From positions 10,168,001 to 10,232,000 of the forward strand of contig JBHGNT010000018.1 in NCBI GenBank assembly GCA_043228905.1: a stretch of DNA of 64,000 nucleotides. The letters are read 5' to 3'. The notes below the pieces were generated by a model. It saw nothing but the letters and a program-made list of their open reading frames with translations, had not been told where the DNA came from and made no database searches. Numbering within the stretch: the stretch's first letter is position 1; every line of letters starts with the position of its first letter. This DNA comes from Azolla caroliniana (taxonomy: Eukaryota; Plantae; Polypodiophyta). The position numbers and the translations under genes are program-made. Positions 27,501 to 37,545 of the stretch are shown here, piece by piece.

Positions 27501-30500
27501 TCAAGTTAGATATATTATAGCTTTTGTCTTTGAAAGATCTCTAGCATAGGTCAATCCAAAATGGAGAGGTCTATGAAGCAAGAGGGAAAAAGAAAGATAT
27601 ATTAACGTCTTTTAAGAGGCTAAAATGGCCTATAAGATCAAACAAGAGAGTACATCTCAAGTGTTGTATCGTCTTTCAGAACAAATCAAAATAGAATAAA
27701 TATTACTCAATAAACATAATAGTAAATAAGATCAAAAGAGACGAGGGAATCTAGTTTTCACTACATGTGAAATTCCCAAATTAGATATATTGTAACTTTT
27801 GTCTTCGAAAGATCTCTAGCATAGATCAATCCAGAATGAAGAGGTCTCCAAAGCGAGGGAAGCACATGCGATGGCAAGAGATAGTGGCCTTTATTTGTCG
27901 ATGACAAGGGTGTTGAGGTCGTGGTTCATGGGGTTGGGGTCTACATGCACGACAAATTGCTATTTCCCAATCTATTGTAACCCCTTTGGTATGTCCTGGA
28001 CGAGAGCCCATTTGTGTATCCCTTGATTGACTTGTAGCATTAGGAGTGATGGGGCTAAAGAAAGTTGTAATTGTTCTTTGTGGATGAGCTTGTGTGGCTA
28101 TATTCTTCAACAACTTTTCCCGATGTCTCTTCAGATACAGTAAGAAAAGTCCCAAGCACCGTTGGTCCTCATAATCCATTACCTTGCGTAGTGGGCCAAA
28201 GCCTTGTTTAAAGAGGGAATGGTATCTCCCTTTGATTTCATAAAACACACTACAGTGACAAAAATAGTGTTCTTCGATTCCACTCTTTGATGTGCAATTG
28301 GCAAATTCTTTTTTCTAGCGGTATTCGTGTATATTTGCCTACCTCAATCTCTAACTGATGTGATAAAGTTCCCCGTTGCCCTATCACACTGCGCAACACA
28401 TAGGATAGATGTATGTCCATATAAGGTGCCATGATGATGAATCCATCCTTGGATGTGTGTAAAAAGTGTCTTGTAGTGGGCCATCTTCGTACCAAGTGAT
28501 GTTTTGGCACCGATCCATGTTATCTTGTTTTCCAAGTTAATAATATAAACTCAAATCACTCTATTCTTTTCCACTTTTATATGGACACACATCTATCTTA
28601 AGCGTTGTGCAAGGTGATTGTGCAACTGTGAACTTTTTCACATTAGTTTGAGATTGTGGTAGGTTCATATGCACCAATACCTAAAGAAGAAAGGATTTGC
28701 CAATTTGACACTTCAAAATATGTTAGATATGGTTCCCTCAATCTATATGTCCATACCTTCTAGTCTCTATCCTTAGTTGATGGGATGATGTTTGGACCTG
28801 CCCTATCATTGTGTGGCGGGCATGCGACATGTGTGTCTCCATATACTTGTCTTGAATAGTGGAACATCATAGGGCATATGTAAGAAAAGGGACATATTGC
28901 CTCAAGTTTGTCCTAAGTTCACTTTAATGATAAGATAGCTCCTCAAAAGTTCCTCTCAAACTCAAATATGAAACATTTTCATGGTTGAACTCTTTATCAA
29001 TATGAGACCTATCAAGAGTGAACCCTCCATAATACAAGACTAAGTCAAAGATTTAAATGTCTTTAGAAGTTACAGTTTTCCTTGAAGTAGGAAAGAAAGT
29101 AAAACACCAGTCTCTAATCTGATAGAATTCTCTAGAAAAACTTCAGATTATGTAACAAGTCTAGAGATTTTCATTATTTTGTGTGTTCAATGGAAGAGTA
29201 AGCACTTCCAAGAGTCTATAACATGTTTTGCATTGTTCTTCCATTGAACACACAGAATAATGAAAATCTCTCTTAAAAAGGCCTACATTTACTTTTCAAT
29301 GCTTTAAATTGTAAATGTGTGTAGTTTATTATCAAGATTGACAGCAGAAACTGAACATTTTCACCCTTGTCAAAGCATTAAAAGTGAAACATGAACATGT
29401 GAACCATGTTATTGAATCTACATATGGACTATTTATATCAAGCCAGTAAAGATACTTGCCGGTGATTGATAAACCGTGCAACGTTACCATAGTGTGTTGC
29501 ATCAAGACATAACAGCTCTTCATCTTTTAGCATGGTTTCGGAGCTCCAGTCAGAATCAAGAAGAACTGGATAATGATTTGAATGCCCTTTTCTTGCATTA
29601 TTTCGTATATCCAGCTCCATGTTTGTCAAGATCTCACCAACATATTCACAAACAAATGTACCCGCAGGTAAATCTTCTAACGTTCTTACTCCCCAACCTT
29701 TCCTCTTGCCAGTCAGAAATACCTACAGATCAAAGGATCATTGTGAAACACAGAAAAGAGGTAAATATAAATGATTTATTGCAGATTAATTACTCAAAGC
29801 AGAGTGTCTTTACCAATGTTATTCGGAAAATAATATAAACACGGCCTACGTACTATGTAGTACTGATAAATATGGATTTTCAGAACCTGTAGTTTATGTT
29901 GAATTCCCTTTTGCACGACTCGATTTCCACACTGAATCTTACATTGACACTTGGTCCAGCATTCCTTGATGAACTTTCTGATCAGATGCCCTTTGCATGG
30001 TTTTCCCCGCTCAAGCATGCACAAACCCTTGTCACAATACTTTGTCCTTGTTGATGACGACTCCACATCTCTTTTGTCAGAAAGGGCTTCTTCTAAGAAT
30101 GATTTTCGCAAACAGCCCTCAGCATTATAAGCAAATTCACCACCAGTCTCCCTTGCACAATGGCATGGAGGATATCTTCGTAAGCAGTCTTCATTGCATG
30201 TCTCGCAACAATCCTCTTCCCCAATGCGCGCAAGCGAGAAGTTAACATAAGCATCTTGGAAAGTGATATTCTTTGAAATATAATGGAAAGATCGAGGCAG
30301 TTTTTCATTTGTTAAATCATTCCACATGGTTATTGGAACTGCTTCTTGCCCTCGAGAAATATCTTTACTATCATGCATATCTGTGTCAAGGCATGCCGCT
30401 TCCAGCTTCACCAGCATTCGTGAAGTGGAAGGAGAAGACGATGAAGGAACAGATGCATATATATCCTTCCTATTCACAACAAGGGTCTTATTGTAAGGGG

Positions 30501-32988
30501 CTGATGTGGCTGCCTGTTCCCTCTCGACAATCATTTGTGAACTTGAAGGAGGAGAAAAAGAAGTAAATGGAAATGGAGCATCCACATCCTTTCGAGTCAA
30601 AACATGGGTCCTATAGTCGGGGAATGACGCTGCCTCTTCTTGCTTCACGACAACCATTCTAGAACTGGAAGGAGAAGAAGAGGAAGAAGAGGAAGGAAAT
30701 GGAGTATACACATCCTTTTGATTCAAAACCAAAGTCCTATCATGAGGGATCGGTGCCACCTCTTCTTGCTTCACAACAATCATTCTTGATCTCGAAGGAG
30801 AAGATGCAGGCAATGATGAAGCATATACATCCTCTTGATTCAGAACAAGCAAGCTATCATCCGGGGCTGATGGTGCCTCTTCATCAGATGTTTGACTATA
30901 CGTAGATGCAATCTGTGATAGGGCGTCATTCCCTTTCTTAGTCTGGATAGCACTCTTGGAATGCGTTGCAGCCATGGCTGGTGATGAGAACTTCTTTATC
31001 AATGGTTCCCCCCGACAATCAATCCTCCTTTGCTCAGATTCTACTCCACTCTTCCGTGTGTGCACACCATCTTTCTCGACTTTAACTGTCATGGATAAAT
31101 AGATGATTCTTAACCACTAAAATACTCATACCCCCATATTAATCGAATTCATGTGTGAATGTTTATGTTTTTTGCAAGCTTAATAAAATTACCATCTAGA
31201 TTGTTATGCTTATTCTCCCCCCACAGGCACAATATTCCTGCAGAGACTGGAGGAGGCACAGGAGTCACCGATCCAAATTGTGGAAGCTCTATAGGCTCAT
31301 CCTTCACCCTGAAGGGAATTTTTATGGTTGGCACCGATGACTCGATCCGGCATTCTGGCATCTCCTTCTGTTTTGTATTTGGAAAAGATGGTGCTTCTAC
31401 TCTCTGTCTCTTTACTGACATTTTACTTTTCTCTATGATATCTTGTCGTTCATTAGTTGCTTCTTGGCATTTTTCCTTTACGCCTTGGTTAATTCTAGCC
31501 TCATGATAGGTTAGACACTCAAGCTGGAAGCTGTAAGCACTAGATTTACATGCAGTGGTTCTTGGTAGTTCTAATTCCTCCTATACATATTTAAAAAATC
31601 ATTAAAATAAGAAAACAATGTTTTCCTTTATATTTTCATCTCATTTTTATCAGATGTTTCTACATATATTGTAGCAATACCTGTTTCACCAGACCTCGTT
31701 TTATGGGGCTGCTTTGTGGTTGTACCAACTTGGCTTCACACCTTACAAAGTTGCAGTTATTTTTAGATGGTGTAGGTGGATAAGGAGTGTCGCTTTCCTT
31801 GATTGTATTGCCAATAATCTTTTGTGTAGATGGAGGCAAAGGAGCTTGACTTTCCTTAAAAGTATTGCCATTACCACCCTGAGTACGCAAAGAGGTCAGT
31901 CCCTAACTAACTTCTCTCAGAGAATGAAATTTAGAACAAAAACGTTGTCACCCTCCATTAACCTTCAGTTCATTGCTTACTGACTCTTTCTGCCTGTATG
32001 ATCTTCTGGGTGAGGCTTCATTTGCGGCTGTGCGGCGTGCAGAATTCCTGGTCACTCTTGGGCATAATTTTGATTCCTTAAGGGAGAATCCAAACACATT
32101 CATCAGTTATATTATTCTTGAAACATATAGAAGAAGTTACTAACTTCGAAACGTCAAAGAGGTATTGGGTGGTTAGGGTTTATGATTGTATGATTCAACT
32201 TAAATGTATTAATATGAAGAGCTTCTAGCACCATGAATTAAAAATACATTCCTATATTTGAGGCGGAAAAATCTTTCATGGGCAATAAAACTCGGTATCC
32301 TTGACAAAGTACATGCATATCTACATATACCTTGCATTCCTGCTGATCGAAATAGCTGTCTGCGAGAGCTCGATAATTCTCATCCTCGATCAGGCTCCAA
32401 TCATTGTCATAAAGCTGCAAAGAGTTCTCAGAGTCAATCTCCATCCATTACTTTTCATTCAAATTCTAATTACAGAAAATCACTGAATCAACACATCTTG
32501 AGTTATAGAAAGGGCAGCCAAAGAGCCCGTATATGCGTGTTCCTGTGTGCATGCACTCATTTCTGAAAAGAGAAGGGGATAGGTAGACAGAATTTATTAC
32601 CATCGTTGGAGATTACATATGACCAAAATGAATCAATCAACATTTGAACTTCATACTTCAGAATTAAGGGCATATGATGGATGCATGAATATGTGTTTGT
32701 GATGCCTTTATTGTTTCCTATTCAATCATGCATGAAATGTCCCCAGAGAGTGAGAGGCAAAAACCCTCAACCATTAAAAGTTTCATAGTTTGGCTTCAAA
32801 ACATAACTGAGGCATGCCTCAATATAGCATAGGTTTGTTAATCAACAGTCTGTATAAATATATTTTTCAAAGAGACAGAGGCATGCCTTAATCAGGCGTC
32901 GAAGGACAGGGGCAACAACAGATTGAGCGATACCAAGCATCTTCATGAAGTCCAGAGCTCGATGAAAACGTTCCTTCTCGTCTGCCAT
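15088..32988 (-). CDS. SUVR4: SUVR1/2/4-family histone-lysine N-methyltransferase (WIYLD + pre-SET + SET + post-SET), 10 coding exons, about 848 aa
   Basis: Exons on minus: 32988-32887, 32414-32331, 32076-31981 (alternative in-frame donor at 31963), 31878-31681, 31580-31193, 31085-29887, 29722-29460, 15523-15457, 15366-15316, 15186-15088. Total 2547 nt, and the phases join into one frame. Motifs: WIYLD (VLRRLIK|[19 protein letters not shown]), pre-SET ([30 protein letters not shown]...CGNRVVQ), SET ([24 protein letters not shown]|C, ELTW|DY), post-SET (CFCESRYC). Orthology within SUVR1/2/4 is not resolved. Confidence 0.92.
15858..17340 (-). mobile_element. Old RTE/RTEX-like LINE copy (3' end), continuing at about 20180-20340 after the Copia insertion
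   Basis: The 3' UTR and tail match the copies at 20750, 24581 and 25652. Segments 17050-17340 and 20180-20340 match the contiguous region 21820-22270 of the long copy. Confidence 0.82.
16113..16557. repeat. Tandem repeat, 151 bp x3, within the LINE 3' end
   Basis: AAGCAAGTACCCACC...GGGAGATAATGGCC starts at 16113, 16264 and 16415. Confidence 0.92.
17341..20179 (+). mobile_element. Heavily decayed Ty1/Copia element inserted into a LINE within the SUVR intron
   Basis: TG...CA ends. An LTR segment is shared at about 17493-17572 and 19933-20011. Gag ([14 protein letters not shown]), protease ([10 protein letters not shown]) and RT ([13 protein letters not shown]) remnants. Flanks GGTGG and AGTGT compare with the uninterrupted site GGTGT (degenerate 5-bp TSD). 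Confidence 0.8.
20749..24480 (-). mobile_element. RTE/RTEX-like LINE, 5'-truncated (APE endonuclease part, RT, C-terminal Cys/His motif, (TTTC)n tail), frameshifted
   Basis: Endonuclease motifs [17 protein letters not shown], then WYDEECR. RT motifs [46 protein letters not shown] (ORFs 23427-23945, 22847-23455, 22241-22795, 21705-22061). Confidence 0.93.
24581..25652 (-). mobile_element. Same LINE family, 3' 1.1-kb copy
   Basis: ORF 24800-25507 contains [15 protein letters not shown]...RICQLC...[10 protein letters not shown]. Tail reads (GAAA)n on plus at 24581-24610. Confidence 0.92.
25653..26498 (-). mobile_element. Same LINE family, 3' 0.85-kb copy abutting the previous copy
   Basis: Same 3' UTR. 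ORFs 25997-26266 and 26266-26475. Confidence 0.92.
26492..27320 (-). mobile_element. 3' end of a second LINE family with a (TATC)n tail and an internal 180-bp tandem duplication
   Basis: ORF 26891-27184 contains [15 protein letters not shown]...RLCTLC...[10 protein letters not shown]. (GATA)n at 26492-26510. Duplicate units start at 26673 and 26853. Confidence 0.82.
27331..28578 (-). mobile_element. Two further abutting 3' copies of the first LINE family (27331-27588 and 27588-28578)
   Basis: The 3' UTR occurs twice. ORFs 27826-28248 and 28250-28535. Confidence 0.9.
29163..29271. repeat. Inverted repeat with 35-bp arms (34/35 complementary) and a 39-nt loop
   Basis: AGAGATTTTCATTATTTTGTGTGTTCAATGGAAGA (29163-29197) pairs with TCTTCCATTGAACACACAGAATAATGAAAATCTCT (29237-29271). 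Confidence 0.93.
29460..29722 (-). CDS. SUVR4: SUVR SET-domain exon
   Basis: [34 protein letters not shown]...[15 protein letters not shown](R). Acceptor tgtag|, donor CG|gcaagt. Confidence 0.93.
29887..31085 (-). CDS. SUVR4: SUVR large exon (repeat-containing linker and pre-SET)
   Basis: Lies within ORF 29794-31092. Acceptor gacag|TT, donor CAG|gttctg, Cys-rich pre-SET domain. Confidence 0.92.
32331..32988 (-). CDS. SUVR4: SUVR coding exons 1-2 (WIYLD ubiquitin-binding domain)
   Basis: [34 protein letters not shown] (32988-32887) joins [28 protein letters not shown] (32414-32331) across a GC-AG intron. Confidence 0.88.
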
Positions 32989-33564
32989 TCTTCCCTGATA
33001 AAGAAAAGAAGCAAGAAAGAAAGAGACAAGACTACTCACTAGTCGAATCAAATGGTGCATGCACAAAAAAAAACACAAAACTCTATCCCAAACCTCTTAA
33101 CACATATACTCTCTCTCTCTCTCTCTCTCTCTGACCATCAAACCTTGAGTTAGTTGTACAACAGCTTGGTTCTACGCATAGAAGCTTTGCAATATAATAT
33201 GTCTGTCGTTAAAAAAAAAGAGGAGTTTTGCAAACTTCCCTCTGTTTCTGTTTGTGTTCCTGTGAGTGGAGATAGGGATACGTTGGCTTGGCTTGGCTTG
33301 GCTTGGCTTGGCTTGGGTGAGGAGTCGGACTGAGGAGCTTTAGGTTTTGATTTTGCATGATACGATATCATGCTATAACAAACTCTCACTCAGTCTGTCG
33401 CCATCACTCCAACTCTCTCTCTCTCTCTCTCTCTCTATCTAAGGAAACAACACTCCTAACAACTTTAAACATTGAATCATTTGAATGTGTGTGTGTGTGT
33501 GTTTCCTAAGAACCCTATATGTACATATGAAGCTCTTGTGTGGGTGGTGCCATCCCATTAATTG

Positions 33565-33599
<35 letters not shown>

Positions 33600-34419
33600 C
33601 CTCCACGAGTATTATATTAATCAATATTTAGACCCTAATAATTACCCCATAATTTATTTATTTATTTTTCCCCCTTATTACATTGTGCTCCCTATCTTTA
33701 TATAATGATGAGAGAGGCTTAACAAATAGCAATCTATGCTTTTTCTAGCTATAGACTTCATGCTTTTTTCTTCTAATAATAGTGTTCGTGCACGTGAGAT
33801 GTGCATGAATAGCTTTTTCGATCATGTGTTTTCTTCTAACTAAAGTTTTATGCACTCTATGTGTAAAAGTAGCTTTTCTTAAAAAAATATACGTGAAATA
33901 ACCTTTGTATGTGGGATATATAGATTTTTAATAATTGTGTTGTGTTAGTGTAATGGTAAGGACTCAATTTATTAACATAGAGGTACAAGGTTTGAATCTT
34001 GCCCTCTGCATGTAATATATATTTTAATATTTTATTCTGTTTCCTTATATTTCTTGAGTCGGGTACTCCATACGTTTTTCACGTAGCATACGAAATATAC
34101 TATGACACTCGCCCCCTCCGAACCCGCACATCCTCCGGTATGTGCCGAAGTTCTCGGTGCTTGTTATTCTCCTTCATCCGTAGAACCCTCCGTTTCTCCC
34201 GCTATATAGACTTTGTCTCTCCATTTTGAGCATATCCATTTTTTCCATCTGAACCATTGTCGTCATCCGATCCACCATATTCTTCATTCACTCTTTGCAT
34301 TGGCCGGTTGTCATGACTTCTTGTGTTCCTCCTGAGCATAACCCTTCATGTCTCATGCATGTGCCATCCTTCCCACTTCATCCACCTTTGTCATATAATC
34401 TTCTCTCTCTCTCTCTCTC

Positions 34420-36540
34420 TCTCATTAGCCAAAACAAGTTGGGCAAATGTAGTAAAACGAAATATTAAAAAAGAAACAAAAGATGAAAATATTATAAACA
34501 CTACTACCCTTGAGGAAGAAAAAATGCATGAGGCAGGCCTGACGTCTAAATGTATGTGTTTTCGAACTAAAGGAAGGTGCATCTCCCGACGAAGATAAAC
34601 AACCACATGGGAAAATGTTAGGGTACACAAAGGCCCTACCGATCACCAAAACCTAGAGGGTTGGATGTGACACCACTAGAAAGAGGCCCTTATTCCTTCA
34701 GTTTAAAGACTTTGAATCTAAAGTCACATTTTTTAAGAAGAGACCAATTCTTCAAGGACTAAGAGGGGGCCCTATCTACCTAACCGAAGACCTCACTAAG
34801 ATTCAAATTGAGCATCGCAAGACATGTATGCCATGAGTCATGCAAGCTTATAAAGAAAGACATTGTGCCTTTTACGGAGATGGATGAGTGATAATAAATG
34901 ACCGTGTTATCACAAAGGTCCGCTAGTGAGTGTGAATCATGAGGCGGAATTGTCAAGTTTCTAGATCAAAAGGAATTAGTGTTTACACATACATAATGTA
35001 TGTTCGAACGCGTTTGTGAAAAGGAGAGATGCATGGGCAAGCCTGAAACGATCCCTAGTCACAAGACAAATGAACACACGAGAGGAAGGCTTATACACAA
35101 AACACAAAAATTCAAATGACTTTGTGAAAAGGAGAGGTGAATGGGCAAGTCCGAAACACTCCCTAGTCATGAAAGCTTACACACAAGATATGAATGATAA
35201 AACACCTTTGTGAAAAAGAGAGGTGTTGATATTTCACGCTCTCTTAATTGAGATTCCTCTTCTAGCTCTTTCACCTTTCAAAACCATAGAGCTTCCATGC
35301 CCTCTTCTCTCTCTCCCCTTCTTGTTAAGAATATGCTCTTATTTATAGGTTTTTTGTTGTGTTATTCTTGCGTCTTTTTTTTTTTAAAGCTTGAGTTCAT
35401 GTGAGGCGTTTTTATTTTTATCACTATTTTTCCTTTTTAATCCCAAATGTATCATACAAGATATTTTTGGAAAGCTCTCGTTGTCACCTTTTTTATAAAA
35501 AAATTCTTTTAAAAATTGGATATTGAATGAAGAAGTTATGAGTTTTTTCTCTCTCTACCTATATCTTCATATCCATGCCTTGCTCTTTTTTTTCTACTAA
35601 TCAAGGAGTGCCACATGGGCCTTCCCCATACGAACCTTTATCAGATGACATAATCTGATACTCTTCTTAAGGGGAAGTTTTCCTCGTAGGAGATTTCAAT
35701 AACGAGAGCCCAATCATGGCAGTGCATAAAATTTCAAATGGATAAAAACCTAGAAATGGTGAGTGTTGATCCCTTAGTTATAGGCATCACATGTAGATCA
35801 AAAGACCAAGCTTTGGACGCCACAAGTTTTGTCCATCATCTGCTCGAACTTGGAAGTTAGCACCACATGATCATATATAATGGTTTAGTAAAGTGGTTGG
35901 GCTTGAAAGAGCTGACATGTTTTCCACATGGAGGAGGAGAAAACACACTCAATTATCTAATAGGACGCCTTGAAGCTATCCACATGATCAACTCCTTTCG
36001 GGTGGCCCCATGCCCTATTGGTGTTGATCATAGCTTCTTATACTTTGAAATAAAAAGCAACATCCCAACGCCACTAGCTCTAGTCAACCAAGCCATCACA
36101 CTGTAATACATTTCACACATAAGCTCTCTGACATAGGTCTACTCTCATCATGTTCAAGCTCATCTCTCCTCTCTTGATTCTTTCTTGCCTTTACACAACC
36201 CATACAAATGCTTCATTCCGTAGCAATTAGTAGTTTCCCACACAAAACACTCCAAGCAAGGTAGAGTATGGTCTATGCCATAGAATAAATGGTATGATGA
36301 GGATTGTAGACACTTATATAGACAACTTAAAGTATCACGACTTAGTTATACTATTACCTCAGTATAGGCTCACAAACAAATGTCTAAGATGACATGTCAT
36401 AAGAGACGAGCGTGGGAGGCATCACAATATTGGGAACTTTACCATACGCTCATGGAAGAGACGACGGTAACCAAGACCACAAACACCCATCGAGGATCCT
36501 AACAATTGCCACACATATACAAAGAGACTTTACCAAGTCC
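34420..36540 (+). mobile_element. Decayed 5' part of a LINE (ORF1-like remnant and endonuclease), interrupted by an unrelated repeat at about 34930-35630
   Basis: SWANVVK, RPLFLQFKDF and IYLTEDLT resemble LINE ORF1 motifs. GEVFLVGDFN, LTCFPHGGG, GVDH and KWYDEDCR match the endonuclease region of the 20749-24480 family. Confidence 0.7.
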
Positions 36541-37545
36541 CAAATTGTTAGAGCTTGATCCTAATGTAAGCATATGATAAGGATAATATAGATAGATAGA
36601 AAAGAAAGGAGGGGAAGAAAGAAGGGTGTCGATCCACCCAACCACCCCCAAGCGAAGGGATCAAGACAGACTCAAGCCTCGATCAGCGTCCCATACCACC
36701 ATCATGGCGTTGAGTCGTACCTGGTATTGGTGCACTCGCTTCAAGAGTTGATCACCACGAGGATAGAGTCTCGACGTTGTCAATAATGTGTCCAATGAGG
36801 GTGGCTAGGTCTCATATTTATAACCAAACTTAAGGCCATAGTGTGAACCATACGTGCATTCTCATTTGCAAATGTTCCAATCATTCGAGTATGGTAAACA
36901 CCCTCGAAGAATGGTAAGTACCATACTTTTGGATTAACTATTTATTATGAGGTAAATAAATCTAAAAAGGGGAAAAAAACAAAAGAAAATCCTTAAAAAA
37001 GGGAAAAAAACAAAAACAAAAAACACAATAATGTTTGAATAACATTCGCATTCGTTTTCCAACACAGGAAAACGAATGTTATGCTAGACGAACACGAATT
37101 TTATGTACTATGCTTAAGGCCCCCAGGCAAGTTCACACTTGGCCTTAATGGGTTGTCTCAATCCCAAGGATTAAAAGTAATCCTTCCCTTCTTTACACTC
37201 TCGTTTAACCCTCACACTTTATCCACGCGTATAGAATACTATGGAACAATCTTACCACAAGATATTATATGGTCATGCCCATAACATACTCCCCCTCTTT
37301 AAAACATTACACTCTTGCAATGAAAAGTTAGGGAAGTTAGTTTTAAGAGTATTTTCTCGTTCCCATGTAGCATCTTGTATAGACTTATCCCTCCATTTAA
37401 TTTTAAATTCTCGAATTATTTTAGAACACAAATTTTTTATTTTAACATCGAGAATTCTCTCTGGTACATGTGGTTTAGAAGATAATTATTTAGAAGTAAC
37501 TAGAGTTTTAGTTGAGACTGTATTGTCGCGAAAACCAAGAAGTTC

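Noticed and set aside
29438-29459. SUVR protein ending at [12 protein letters not shown] as a truncated pseudogene
   Set aside because: The missing SET and post-SET exons exist intact and in phase at 15088-15523.
37049-37078. 12-bp perfect hairpin in the chromovirus LTR as a terminator
   Set aside because: Eukaryotic LTR context, no U-tract and only one copy available, so no function can be assigned.
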